Virus record (IMG/VR): IMGVR_UViG_3300027985_000978
Location: 1-64,000 of that record
DNA: 64,000 bases
Strand: one strand, 5' to 3'
Source of the DNA: a virus
Shown here: piece after piece, positions 9,417 to 18,603 of the stretch
Layout: each line of letters begins with the position of its first letter
Numbering within the stretch: the stretch's first letter is position 1
Program-made: the position numbers and the translations under genes
Notes under the pieces: generated by a model
What the model was told of the DNA's origin: nothing
Database searches by the model: none
What the model saw: the letters and a program-made list of their open reading frames with translations, nothing else

Positions 9417-9760
9417 ACTGCGCCCAATGCGCTTAAAAACTCAGGAAAACCAAACCACCAGCAAATGACATTCAGAATAGTGACAATCCCAACGGGAATA
9501 AAAATTCCTAGCAATTCTTGGCACGTTAATACCTCGCCCACATCATCCAGTTTTTTCATGATTGCAGCGTCAACGTTCCGGTGATTTTCTATCACCTGCT
9601 GACACTCGTTTAGCTGTTCAGAAAGCCACACAACGGATTGCGCTAAATCACCTTTAGCCGTAGCCACAACCCGCACTCCGTCAATATTGATACGATTCAC
9701 AAAATCAATATTTGGCGTCACATCATCATCATGTTCTAAAACCAGTGTTACACGTCCCAT
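9398..9760 (-). CDS. hypothetical membrane protein
   Basis: C-terminal hydrophobic segment. Confidence 0.55.
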   Translation of the reverse strand: MGRVTLVLEHDDDVTPNIDFVNRINIDGVRVVATAKGDLAQSVVWLSEQLNECQQVIENHRNVDAAIMKKLDDVGEVLTCQELLGIFIPVGIVTILNVICWWFGFPEFLSALGAVWRSYF

Positions 9761-10365
9761 TACACCCCCACGTTTGCTGTTAAAACCGCTATGCGGCGCT
9801 TGATATCGTTGAATACATCTTCGACCGTTGGCGGGTTAATGTTCGGCATGTCCAGTGCGGTTAATGCCTCCCCGATCTCGCCAATCAACAGACTGTTAAA
9901 ATCCACGTTCTGCGCAGTACGTTGGCCGCCAAATGTCATAAATGCGTGCGGATTCTCTGCTGCTACCTCTTCCATTTTTTCGATAACAGGTGCGTACTTC
10001 TTGATCGGGCTCTGCCCTGCTGCATAGTTATCCTGAACCGCTTTCAAGGCTGTTTGCACTGGCGACAACCTCTCTGTGCTGGCTGAATTAACCAACCCAT
10101 CTACGGCATGGATCAGGCGGTTTACCAGCGCTTTCAGTTTCTTGTTTTGCCATTCCACAAAGGCTGTTTTGTTCTGGTTCTCTGATTGGCTGGCGTATCC
10201 AGTGGCATATTTGAAGGCGTTGTAATCCAGCCCACCAGCTGGATCAGTCATAAGGCTTTGCAGTAACTCAGCTTGCGTAGATTCAACCGGTAGATCGATT
10301 GTCAGTGTTTGTGCGTGCTGCAACTGGACGCGCATTTCTGGCGTGATTGGTACTTGAATATTCAT
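9760..10365 (-). CDS. hypothetical protein
   Basis: 201-aa ORF with TAATG coupling. Confidence 0.65.
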   Translation of the reverse strand: MNIQVPITPEMRVQLQHAQTLTIDLPVESTQAELLQSLMTDPAGGLDYNAFKYATGYASQSENQNKTAFVEWQNKKLKALVNRLIHAVDGLVNSASTERLSPVQTALKAVQDNYAAGQSPIKKYAPVIEKMEEVAAENPHAFMTFGGQRTAQNVDFNSLLIGEIGEALTALDMPNINPPTVEDVFNDIKRRIAVLTANVGV

Positions 10366-10371
10366 ATATAC

Positions 10372-10716
10372 CTACCGGTTCAGTAATTGTTTCAGTTCGC
10401 TGGTGGAATCTTTGTGCTGACGGCTTAATACCTGTTTTGTAGTTTCAGCTATGCGCTCCCACTCTGGCTGTCTCTTTGCCGCCTCGATGCGTTTATCACA
10501 AAGCGTCTTGCGTTGCTGTGCGATAGCTTTTTTGTTTTCATCCTTGGCGAACTTGACCGCTTCGCCGTAGTAGTGGCTGGCCGTTTCATAATCCTTGCGC
10601 TGTTCGGCGCGGGTTCCAGTGAGCCAGTTATGCCGGAATTGGCCGTCACCAATGAAATTAGCGTGACCTCGGCGCGTTGGTAGTGTTTCCATTTCGTAAT
10701 CAGTGAGTGAATTCAT
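10372..10716 (-). CDS. ANR-family-like (AraC negative regulator) helical protein
   Basis: AEQRKDYETASHYYGEAVKFA...AQQRKTLC resembles the ANR pattern from memory. Confidence 0.5.
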   Translation of the reverse strand: MNSLTDYEMETLPTRRGHANFIGDGQFRHNWLTGTRAEQRKDYETASHYYGEAVKFAKDENKKAIAQQRKTLCDKRIEAAKRQPEWERIAETTKQVLSRQHKDSTSELKQLLNR

Positions 10717-11029
10717 TGCTTGTATCCTTCAGTCCTAATAATTCAGCCGCCTTGCTGTTTTCCAGTAACTCGGTTGATATACCCTGACAAAACTTAGCCA
10801 TTGCAGCTTCACGGCGCTGTTCTGCGCTTAATGAAAAAGCATCTCTTTGATAACTGGTAGCGATCCGGTTTGCTATCCCGTGTAACCGTTCCCCCATGTA
10901 CCACATGGAGTTGTTATCAGCGCGGGAAGTGACAAGGGAACGATCAACGTTCCGGCCAATCAGAATATTTGCAGCGAACCGGATCAGCGCAACTTCTAAT
11001 CGCGCCTTCATCCATTCCTTCATACTCAT
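10700..11029 (-). CDS. hypothetical protein
   Basis: Coupled ORF. Confidence 0.6.
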   Translation of the reverse strand: MSMKEWMKARLEVALIRFAANILIGRNVDRSLVTSRADNNSMWYMGERLHGIANRIATSYQRDAFSLSAEQRREAAMAKFCQGISTELLENSKAAELLGLKDTSNEFTH

Positions 11030-11346
11030 TAAACCGGCTCCTGTTCGTTGGCCTGTTTAATGTCTTCAGGTGTGAATTGCTCACATAGATCTGTTTTGCC
11101 AGTGAGGATATAAACCAGATACGGCGCTAAGGCTGGGTGACTAGCAATGCGGGTTACAATTTCAATCCCCATGTCCCGATATCCCAACTCGTAATTTTTC
11201 AGTGTGGTTGTCGGAAAATCAGGGTGGATCATGGCGGCGAATTTTGGACGGGATAACCCCATACCGTCGCGTACTTCTCTCATGCGTGCGCCACATGCGC
11301 CGTAGTTTTTCGCGTTCTCTTTTGCGCGGTTTGCTTGCTTGGTCAT
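11029..11346 (-). CDS. XRE-family HTH transcriptional regulator
   Basis: RMREVRDGMGLSRPKFAAMI...TTLKNYELGYR. Confidence 0.85.
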   Translation of the reverse strand: MTKQANRAKENAKNYGACGARMREVRDGMGLSRPKFAAMIHPDFPTTTLKNYELGYRDMGIEIVTRIASHPALAPYLVYILTGKTDLCEQFTPEDIKQANEQEPV

Positions 11347-11383
11347 CGTTGTTTCTCTCTATAGTGGTTAGTGGTTTTTGTTG

Positions 11384-12250
11384 TTAGCTGACAGCTGCGA
11401 TTGCGCGGCCTTCAGTGCTTGTATCTTCGAGTTCAGGGCTTGGATCGCCCGTTGTGTTAATTGCTGGTTGTTCATTTTGTTTCCTTATCGTTTTGTTATT
11501 TTTTTGTTGTACTGGCCGGACATCCACCAGCTGAAATGTTTCTGGATCAATTTCAAAATCAGTACGCTCGACCTGATCGCCTAATGCGGCCCAGCCGTTC
11601 CGGTTCAGACGAGTGAAGACATCAAACTTTTTAGCGCCCTTACCCATGAATCGATCAAGGCGCTGGTAAACAGCGTCGGGCTTCACGCTATGTTCCTGCA
11701 CCAACTCTTCCAAAACTTGGTGAATTCCTTTGTCTTCCCGCTTTGGTTTACCACGAAGGCCAATCAGCACGATCTCAGCGTTGGCGCGGGTATGGCTTCC
11801 CATCCCCCAAAACCACTTATCTTTACCGGCCCGTTTCATTTCTTCAGCGTTCAGGAACGTTAAAACGTCTTTAACCGGTACAATCTTTTGCTTGCCAAAC
11901 TTGGCACGGAAAGCGCGGCGCAATGACAATGCAAAATTCGGCCAATAGTTCTTGGTGCGCTTCACCCATACAAAGCCAACGGTTGAATAACGAAAACCCC
12001 ACGCATTCAGCACAGAAAATGATTCTTCGAGTAGTGGAAATGTCGTCCACATGAACAGGTACGCATCTTTCTTGCAGTAGTCGCCCACGTTCATCTGTCT
12101 TAATTCCTCAATAGACATCGTGTCGTACCAACGGGCCGCGCCACCTCGATTCCTGCTTTCGTCTTTGTAGCGCCACGGCGGATCGGCATGTACCAAATCA
12201 AAACCGCTCGGATCGTGTTTAATGATTTTTTTAACGCTTTTCCCTGCCAT
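11384..12250 (-). CDS. MT-A70 family adenine methyltransferase (orphan)
   Basis: FDLVHADPPW, YDTMS, LFMWTT, AWGFRY, FVWVK, HSVKPD, WAALGDQ. Confidence 0.92.
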   Translation of the reverse strand: MAGKSVKKIIKHDPSGFDLVHADPPWRYKDESRNRGGAARWYDTMSIEELRQMNVGDYCKKDAYLFMWTTFPLLEESFSVLNAWGFRYSTVGFVWVKRTKNYWPNFALSLRRAFRAKFGKQKIVPVKDVLTFLNAEEMKRAGKDKWFWGMGSHTRANAEIVLIGLRGKPKREDKGIHQVLEELVQEHSVKPDAVYQRLDRFMGKGAKKFDVFTRLNRNGWAALGDQVERTDFEIDPETFQLVDVRPVQQKNNKTIRKQNEQPAINTTGDPSPELEDTSTEGRAIAAVS

Positions 12251-12259
12251 TGGTTCGCC

Positions 12260-12682
12260 TTAATCGAATCTTGAGTTAATTTCGTTACCTTGCTTGATGT
12301 CTTTCAGGCGGCTGATTTCGTCTTCACCCACTAGCAAAACCAGATCGTCCAGTTCCCGTTTCTTTGCGTTAAACATCAGGCGCAACTTGCGGCCACCAGT
12401 AAGCAAGTGCTTCACCAGTGCAACCGGATCTGACAAATCAAAGCCGGTTCCGTCACACAGATAGCATTCTGATTTACTGAACAAGCCGGAAACTATGCCT
12501 GTACCGTGACAGTTCGGGCATTTCTGCACGCCTGCTTTCTTCTCGGCTGCTTCAGCTGCAATGCTGGCCGGAGTATCAAATTTGATATGGAATGATTCTA
12601 AAACGCTGGGTAATTCCTGCTGTTTTCGACCTAACAGGGCTTCCCGTTGCTGGCGTTTGAAAGCAATTGACTCTTCACTCAC
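12260..12682 (-). CDS. DnaJ-type zinc-finger protein
   Basis: CPNCHGTG...CYLCDGTG. Confidence 0.75.
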   Translation of the reverse strand: MSEESIAFKRQQREALLGRKQQELPSVLESFHIKFDTPASIAAEAAEKKAGVQKCPNCHGTGIVSGLFSKSECYLCDGTGFDLSDPVALVKHLLTGGRKLRLMFNAKKRELDDLVLLVGEDEISRLKDIKQGNEINSRFD

Positions 12683-12908
12683 TGATAGCTGCCTTACGTT
12701 CTGCCATCTGGAACGAGTTAAGCATCATGAGAGTTTGAATGTGGCTGGCGATAGTATCCGGCACGCGGTTTCTACGATGAATCGCGGCTAATGCGCTGGC
12801 GTTTCTGAAGCCTAAAAGCTGGGCGAACTTCTTCTTGGAGCCGTACCCGTCCCCAATCAGGGCGATACGTGCAACGTCTAAATCAGTGGGCTTGCTGACT
12901 ATGAACAT
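12675..12908 (-). CDS. small HTH protein (Cro-like position, first gene of the operon)
   Basis: SKKKFAQLLGFRNASALAAI. Confidence 0.6.
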   Translation of the reverse strand: MFIVSKPTDLDVARIALIGDGYGSKKKFAQLLGFRNASALAAIHRRNRVPDTIASHIQTLMMLNSFQMAERKAAISE

Positions 12909-12940
12909 TGATACAATCCATTTGTAACCTATTGGCCGTT

Positions 12941-12969
12941 AATCTACGTTACAAATCGACGCTTTTCAA
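12941..12969 (-). promoter_or_regulatory. sigma70 promoter of the leftward operon (TTGAAA-17-TAGATT)
   Basis: Near-consensus with 17-bp spacer; operator box at 12973-12981 just upstream of the -35; ATTTGTAAC/GTTACAAAT inverted repeat at 12920-12956. Confidence 0.65.
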
Positions 12970-12972
12970 TCT

Positions 12973-13018
12973 TCCTAATCAAATTTTAAAATCGAACGAT
13001 CATAAAACATCCTAATCA
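12973..13018. promoter_or_regulatory. pair of TCCTAATCA operator-like boxes (12973-12981, 13010-13018)
   Basis: Exact reverse-complement copies of the recurrent 9-mer, between divergent promoters. Confidence 0.75.
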
Positions 13019-13050
13019 AACAACCGTCACAAAATCACTGTTTAAAAGTG

Positions 13051-13079
13051 TAGACACATAACAAAACAACTATTACATT
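13051..13079 (+). promoter_or_regulatory. sigma70 promoter (TAGACA-17-TACATT)
   Basis: Near-consensus hexamers with 17-bp spacing. Confidence 0.6.
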
Positions 13080-13161
13080 AATCATATTGGTTCGTTTGAA
13101 CCAATAAGCGCGGTGTCGTTACCACCGGCCTTTTTAAACCACATCAAGAAGCGAGATACAT

Positions 13162-13332
13162 ATGGACGACTCACAAGCCATTAGCATGAATGCAATCCGT
13201 CAAATCACCACCTTTGACCAGCTGAAAGCCTTTGAAAAACGGGTTTATCAGATGGATATCAACTGGACTTTGCGCGACAAACTGATCCGCCAAGCCACAC
13301 AAAACTTTGCTGAAGCCAGCCCCCTGATTTAA
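13162..13332 (+). CDS. 56-aa protein below the ORF-track cutoff (MDDSQAISMNAIRQ...ASPLI)
   Basis: ATG 13162 to TAA 13332, with a promoter before and a terminator after. Confidence 0.65.
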   Translation: MDDSQAISMNAIRQITTFDQLKAFEKRVYQMDINWTLRDKLIRQATQNFAEASPLI

Positions 13333-13342
13333 TTGCTAATCA

Positions 13343-13364
13343 AGCCGCCCACGGGCGGTTTTTT
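13343..13364 (+). terminator. intrinsic terminator
   Basis: CCGCCC-ac-GGGCGG followed by TTTTTT. Confidence 0.75.
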
Positions 13365-13398
13365 AATTGGCGATACCACCAGCGATAGGATTACGAAA

Positions 13399-14214
13399 AT
13401 GAACAAACAAGACCACATCAATAGCGCATTAGAAACTCTGAATACTCACGTTTTCACCAAGCTGGTTAGTAACCAAGATATCGTTGCATGGCGTTGCAAG
13501 CGCCCTAACTCAAGCTGTTATGCGTTCGATATTCTGATCACCCACTACGGGATCTCAGTTGTCGGGGATATTGATAATTTAACGTTTCGTGTCGGTTCGT
13601 CTTACGGTATGGAATTCTTGGCAGGGCGTGACGTTGAATACTATATCCACTCAAAATTAGACCACCACTGTAAAGAGCGGGATCTGAATCATGATCGCGT
13701 TCGTGAGTTCTGCTTGATGCACTGGCTTGAACCAATCCGAGAAGCAATCGTTGACAACTTGGACTATGAACAACAAGAAGCATTCAAAGAAGCGCTGAAG
13801 AAATACGGCTTTAAAGATGAATCTGATTTCATGTGGCTGGATGACGAAAACCAGATCCGCAACCTTTCCTCACTCGATCTGTTAATCGGTATCGCATCCT
13901 GCATCTCTAATGACTTTGACGAACTGGCGGCGGAAATCGAAGACGAAGAAACAGGACATACGCCGATCAATCTGGCAGACCTGATCGCCGCGCTACGCAA
14001 TATTAGCGACTCAAGCACTGAAGAAGAATTTTGCCATTACCTAGCGGATAGCGACACACCAGAAGGGTATATGGAATTGTCAGATTGGACGTTCACCAAG
14101 CCTTCAGAATTTTTAATCAGCCGCCTGTACTTGGTGAATCAGGCTGCTCAGAAAATCATGAAACAAATCAAAGACGCCGAAGAACAGGCGCACAAAGAAG
14201 GAATCCACGCATGA
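13399..14214 (+). CDS. conserved phage protein of unknown function
   Basis: WRCKRPNSSCYAFDI...VVGDIDNLTF; ATG 13399 with AGGA SD (the track's TTG start overlaps the terminator). Confidence 0.75.
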   Translation: MNKQDHINSALETLNTHVFTKLVSNQDIVAWRCKRPNSSCYAFDILITHYGISVVGDIDNLTFRVGSSYGMEFLAGRDVEYYIHSKLDHHCKERDLNHDRVREFCLMHWLEPIREAIVDNLDYEQQEAFKEALKKYGFKDESDFMWLDDENQIRNLSSLDLLIGIASCISNDFDELAAEIEDEETGHTPINLADLIAALRNISDSSTEEEFCHYLADSDTPEGYMELSDWTFTKPSEFLISRLYLVNQAAQKIMKQIKDAEEQAHKEGIHA

Positions 14215-14456
14215 AAAACCTACCACCTAAAGCAGATAGCCACCATTGGCTTGATGCCGCCGCAAAACCATCAGTAGTCGTTCTAGCTAAGTTTCAGGCA
14301 TTTAGTAACCTTGTGTTATGTCGGTATTATTATGCTTTGAAAGAATGGCATATTGACGGTTTTCACGGTTCATCACCGGAGCCGGTTGAATGGTGGCTAT
14401 TGCCGGAGACGGGAACCGGAACACGGGTTAATGCTCCCGCTGAACAATCAGCCTGA
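14211..14456 (+). CDS. small hypothetical protein (MKNLPPK...)
   Basis: ATGA overlap with the upstream stop; AAGGA SD. Confidence 0.6.
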   Translation: MKNLPPKADSHHWLDAAAKPSVVVLAKFQAFSNLVLCRYYYALKEWHIDGFHGSSPEPVEWWLLPETGTGTRVNAPAEQSA

Positions 14457-14640
14457 TCATGACGGATTGATGAATATCTCCTTTTGGATCTTTTTTTGAA
14501 AAAACTCGTTGAAAGACGGGTTTTTTTACATCTGCTATTCACGCCAGTAATACCACCAGCACAAACCAATGATTTTAAAAGATATTCCCAAACGGATATG
14601 TATAAATAAACAGGTATCGAATTGATTTAGAACAAGAAAA

Positions 14641-14801
14641 AAGGCTGCACAGTGGCAGCCTTCATGAAGAATTCAAGCCGTTGATTAGGAATCAAGGGCT
14701 TGATCACTCCAACGCAGATCGGTTAGAGTGAGCGGGTGATCAGGTTCCCATACCCGATCACCCAAAAAACGGCCTGAATCGTCTAGACAACGAATTCCGG
14801 C
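14641..14801. other. structured rep leader with five tandem hairpins
   Basis: Inverted repeats at 14641-14662, 14673-14703, 14704-14731, 14734-14763 and 14772-14801. Confidence 0.7.
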
Positions 14802-14954
14802 TCATGAATTGATGAACTGAAGTCAACCCATGCACACATACAGAATAGGTGAGGCTGTATGCGGGATACTCTATGTATCTTGTTAATGAGTTTAACACAC
14901 CCGATCTGTAGCTCAAGTGTTCATGTGGTGATTTCACTATTTTTAGGTGAAATT

Positions 14955-15752
14955 ATGAGCAACACAACCAAAGTAAACCACAGTCACAAGATCGTTCTGC
15001 AAGCCCAATCATTTTCTTTCTGTAAAGCTGGACAGGTTTTACTCGCAATCGCTTATCACGCCAAGAAACCAGAAAAATCAGGTGAAGGCTGGCGCTGCTT
15101 TCCAAGTCGTCAAAAAATCGCTGAATTAACAGGCATGGTTGAACGTACCGTGTTTACTCAAACTGAACGCCTGATCAAGGCTGGTTTAATCAAAATTATT
15201 AAAAATGGAAAGAAAGGGATAGCGAACGTTTACGAGTTAAATCTTGATTTACTCTTTAATCCAACTGCTCATGTATTCTTCACTCTGACCAACAAAGAAG
15301 AAACTAGCGAATCACAAGCCATTGTAAGGATGTCTAAAGAACGCTCTGAGAACGGTCTGAAGAAACACCTTGCAAAGATAGGTATCATTAAAAACAACCA
15401 AAAAACTTATCCACAACCTACGCAAAATCCGATCCAACCAAAAACCGGATATACAGGCACAACCAGTGATCAAAACGATCCGAGTAACAGTACAAGACTT
15501 AAAGATCTTAAAGAGAACAACGCGCAAGGCGCGACCCCTTCCCCTTTTATGAATTTTTCAAAACGAGCCATTGAGATGATCGCTGAATCAATCAAGTGCC
15601 AGTTAAGCAAGGCAAACGACACAATCAACCGCCTATCAACCGGTTCTGGCACTGAAAGCGAACTAACCCAAGCGTTTAATGACCTAAATCGTATCAATGC
15701 AGACATTGAACGCTATACGCCAGTAGCGCAGCACTACGGGATAGCGATATAG
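14955..15752 (+). CDS. replication initiator with HTH domain
   Basis: CFPSRQKIAELTGMVERTV...LIKAGLIKI...NVYELN typical of phage and plasmid initiators; AGGTG SD before ATG 14955. Confidence 0.75.
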   Translation: MSNTTKVNHSHKIVLQAQSFSFCKAGQVLLAIAYHAKKPEKSGEGWRCFPSRQKIAELTGMVERTVFTQTERLIKAGLIKIIKNGKKGIANVYELNLDLLFNPTAHVFFTLTNKEETSESQAIVRMSKERSENGLKKHLAKIGIIKNNQKTYPQPTQNPIQPKTGYTGTTSDQNDPSNSTRLKDLKENNAQGATPSPFMNFSKRAIEMIAESIKCQLSKANDTINRLSTGSGTESELTQAFNDLNRINADIERYTPVAQHYGIAI

Positions 15753-15799
15753 GCTGGTGAAGGGATTAGCGCCCCATGTCGAGGCGCTACGATTGCGGG

Positions 15800-16792
15800 T
15801 TACTGGTAGCCTTTAAACTTCTTGCCGAAGATAACTGCACCAGCTGGCACTTTGTCGGTAGTCACTGGTGAAACGCTGGTGACGCGATTAGCTTTACCAA
15901 GCGGCAAAGTGTCTAACTGAATTCCGGACACGGACTCTAAGAACTGGCGGAAAATCAGCGCGTCTTCTGGTGTTTTCATTGCAGCCATAGCACGGCGCTG
16001 TTCATCTGAGAGCATGACCGGAAACTGATCGAGAGATTCAAGGATCAGGGTTTCCCGTTGTTTCTCGCGCTGGTTGAGTTCTGTTTGTGCAGCGTCCAGA
16101 TCGCGCTTTAACTGTGCTGATGCTTGTTTACCTTCAAGTAACATGCCGTTAAGCATGAATACATCGAATTCAGCATTACGCGCCGCTTCAGCTGCAAGAG
16201 ATACGCGATTCCATGAATCAAGGAACATACGATCAGCCTGAATGCCGCGCTGTTGCAGATTGTGAATGATCAGATCGTCAACGGTTGAAACCCCAACTGA
16301 TTCAAACATGGATTGCTGGCGATCATTGGGGATAAAGTTTGGCTGATTCACATAATCGAAACCGAAGAACTGGCGCGGATAGTCTGCACCGTTGCTGGTT
16401 GCACCGGTACAGGCCCATGACCAGCCACCCGCCTGAGATTCAAGCATGGACTGAACAATCAGGCCGCTGGTTGTGTCCATCACTTCCTGAGTATGCGCAA
16501 TGTTGCCTGAATCGTCAGCTTCGATAGACACGGTGAAGTTTGCCGGTACGTTCTGGATAGCAACGGCTTTACCTTCAATCATGACAACTTCAAATTCTGA
16601 AGGTTTCATTTTGTTGGTAGCCTGCCGGACACCATGACCAAAGTAGCCGTACAGTTCGCCCAGCTTTAACCCTTCTTGCGTCTGTGCGGATTCGAGCATG
16701 GCTTTAACCGCGTGCAACACATAACGGCGGCCATTGCCACCAGCACGGCCTTCTTTGTAGATATTAAATTCATCATTAACGCGAATAGGCAT
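15800..16792 (-). CDS. pro: head processing (prohead) protease, P1 Pro-like
   Basis: ELYGYFGHG, HTQE, GGWSWA, FFGFDYV..PNF; lies after the portal gene as in P1. Confidence 0.85.
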   Translation of the reverse strand: MPIRVNDEFNIYKEGRAGGNGRRYVLHAVKAMLESAQTQEGLKLGELYGYFGHGVRQATNKMKPSEFEVVMIEGKAVAIQNVPANFTVSIEADDSGNIAHTQEVMDTTSGLIVQSMLESQAGGWSWACTGATSNGADYPRQFFGFDYVNQPNFIPNDRQQSMFESVGVSTVDDLIIHNLQQRGIQADRMFLDSWNRVSLAAEAARNAEFDVFMLNGMLLEGKQASAQLKRDLDAAQTELNQREKQRETLILESLDQFPVMLSDEQRRAMAAMKTPEDALIFRQFLESVSGIQLDTLPLGKANRVTSVSPVTTDKVPAGAVIFGKKFKGYQ

Positions 16793-16794
16793 AA

Positions 16795-18471
16795 TTATTT
16801 TTCTCCGAGTAAATTGATAATTTGGGAGTGAATGAGGTCTTGTAAATAACCATCAAAGCCTTCAGATCCGCCGTGATAACCTACGGACTCCATGAACCCT
16901 TCCCCGCCTGCATTTTTTGCTGCGCTGGCAAGGTCTTTGATGATTTGGTCTGTTTTGTCTTGATCGATGCGGATAATGTCTGTCAGAACTAAACGCTTGA
17001 ATGATTCAGAACCGGCTAATCTGCCGTTTTCGATAGTGTCTAACAGGGTAGCCAAAGCAGTGGCGTAAGCCGTTCTGACTTCGGTTGCATCTGCCTGTTC
17101 CTGCTCAATGGCGGTATTCAGAGAATGGAAACGAATATCAATCGGGCGTGCTGTACCGGCTGGAAAGACTTTGCCGTACTTATAGGCCATATGAATATCA
17201 ATCAGACGATTGACCGCGTTCACAACGCCCACACGTAACCAGTTCGCCCGAATTGTGGCTTGAATGGATGTTCTGAAGAAGCCCCCATCTCCGAGTCCAC
17301 CACTCATAAGATCACCCCATCCGAGCATGGACACGTCGATCCCAAGTCCCGCACTCATGCGTTTGAGGTGAAACATGATATCTTCAATGTGCTGGATATC
17401 TGGCGACACGGTTTGTGTGTCGATGCTAACGCCACCTTTTGAGCCGGAAAGGTTCGGGATAATGCTGTTCCAGACCGAAGGAATAAGCCCTTTCTGACGC
17501 CCCTTGCGGTATGCCGCTTCTAAGTCTTTGCGTAGCTGTGTACCAACCATATTCAGATAGGACGCTGCACGGGCCGGATCTAAATTGTCCATGCCAAGGG
17601 CAATAAACCGGTCAATACGAGAGGCGTTATAGCGTGAGCCCTTCAGACTTCTGATCGCGTCGGACAGGTCACACCATGCCGGATATGCAAACTCAAGAAA
17701 TGATGTGCCGTAGTCTTGCGTTTCGATAGGCACGCGACGGTGCAGATCGTCATATAACGAATACTGTTTACCCGTCTGGTTGAATGGCTCTTTAAAGATA
17801 TTTGGTTGCCAGTACGGAACACGCAACGCCACCAGTTGCCACGGCTCAACTAATCGAACTTCCCCGCCGTTCACCTGTTCTTTCAGGTATTCAGACGTAT
17901 AGCCAGCACACTGACCGCCGCGCACGTACTCGCGTATATGCTGGGCCATCGTGTAATAGCTGGATTCGATATCGAACACGCCGCGCTTATTGTCTGCATA
18001 GGGCCGGATATAGTGCGTCCCAAAGGCAGCCATGATCTTACACCATGACGGTAAACCCTGATTTAACAGCACGCCCAGCTCTGCCTGAAGGCTGGCCGCC
18101 AGCTCTTTGAATTCTGGTGTCTTGCTGGTGATTTCAAGAATATTTCCGGTCTGACTATCAACACTTAGCGCGTGTGATATGTGCATGTCCAGTGCGCCGG
18201 ACAGAACCGGATCACAGACCATATCCTGAATAAGCCCGTACTTAGCAAAACGATCATCCGGCATCTTTTTATCTGCCATCCAATCCATTGTACCGGTTGC
18301 GCTGGTGGCGCTGTTACCGCTCGGATCAGTTGGCGTGTTATTTAGGCCATACATGACATTTGTACCGCCAGCCAGTAGCGGCAATGACGGATCGTCTACA
18401 TCGGCGGGGTTATACCCGCTAAAGGCTTGCTGAAATAAACTAACAAGCCCCTTTTTTGGTTTGTCTGCCAT
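16795..18471 (-). CDS. prt: portal protein, P1 Prt-like
   Basis: ALDMHISHALS, ETQDYGTSFLE, GGLGDGGFFRTS; divergent from darB. Confidence 0.88.
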   Translation of the reverse strand: MADKPKKGLVSLFQQAFSGYNPADVDDPSLPLLAGGTNVMYGLNNTPTDPSGNSATSATGTMDWMADKKMPDDRFAKYGLIQDMVCDPVLSGALDMHISHALSVDSQTGNILEITSKTPEFKELAASLQAELGVLLNQGLPSWCKIMAAFGTHYIRPYADNKRGVFDIESSYYTMAQHIREYVRGGQCAGYTSEYLKEQVNGGEVRLVEPWQLVALRVPYWQPNIFKEPFNQTGKQYSLYDDLHRRVPIETQDYGTSFLEFAYPAWCDLSDAIRSLKGSRYNASRIDRFIALGMDNLDPARAASYLNMVGTQLRKDLEAAYRKGRQKGLIPSVWNSIIPNLSGSKGGVSIDTQTVSPDIQHIEDIMFHLKRMSAGLGIDVSMLGWGDLMSGGLGDGGFFRTSIQATIRANWLRVGVVNAVNRLIDIHMAYKYGKVFPAGTARPIDIRFHSLNTAIEQEQADATEVRTAYATALATLLDTIENGRLAGSESFKRLVLTDIIRIDQDKTDQIIKDLASAAKNAGGEGFMESVGYHGGSEGFDGYLQDLIHSQIINLLGEK

Positions 18472-18553
18472 CAATCCCCCACGGGTTGAGGCTAGGTGCA
18501 ATCGGGCGAATTGCTAAGGACGGGAGCCGACTGTCAAGATCCACCAGCCGAAC

Positions 18554-18571
18554 TGATTAGGATGATAGCAT
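18554..18571 (+). promoter_or_regulatory. TGATTAGGA box and -10-like TAGCAT between prt and darB
   Basis: Exact 9-mer in the divergent intergenic region. Confidence 0.6.
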
Positions 18572-18603
18572 TAATGAACCTGTCAACGTAAAAAGGGCAT
18601 TAA

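Noticed and set aside
15400-15500. Possible iterons or origin inside the rep gene
   Set aside because: A/C-rich and plausible by position, but no clear repeat unit could be defined by eye.
15751-15779. AGGCTGGTGAAGGGAT resembling sRNA segment B
   Set aside because: Lies between convergent stop codons with no downstream start or SD hairpin; weak match.
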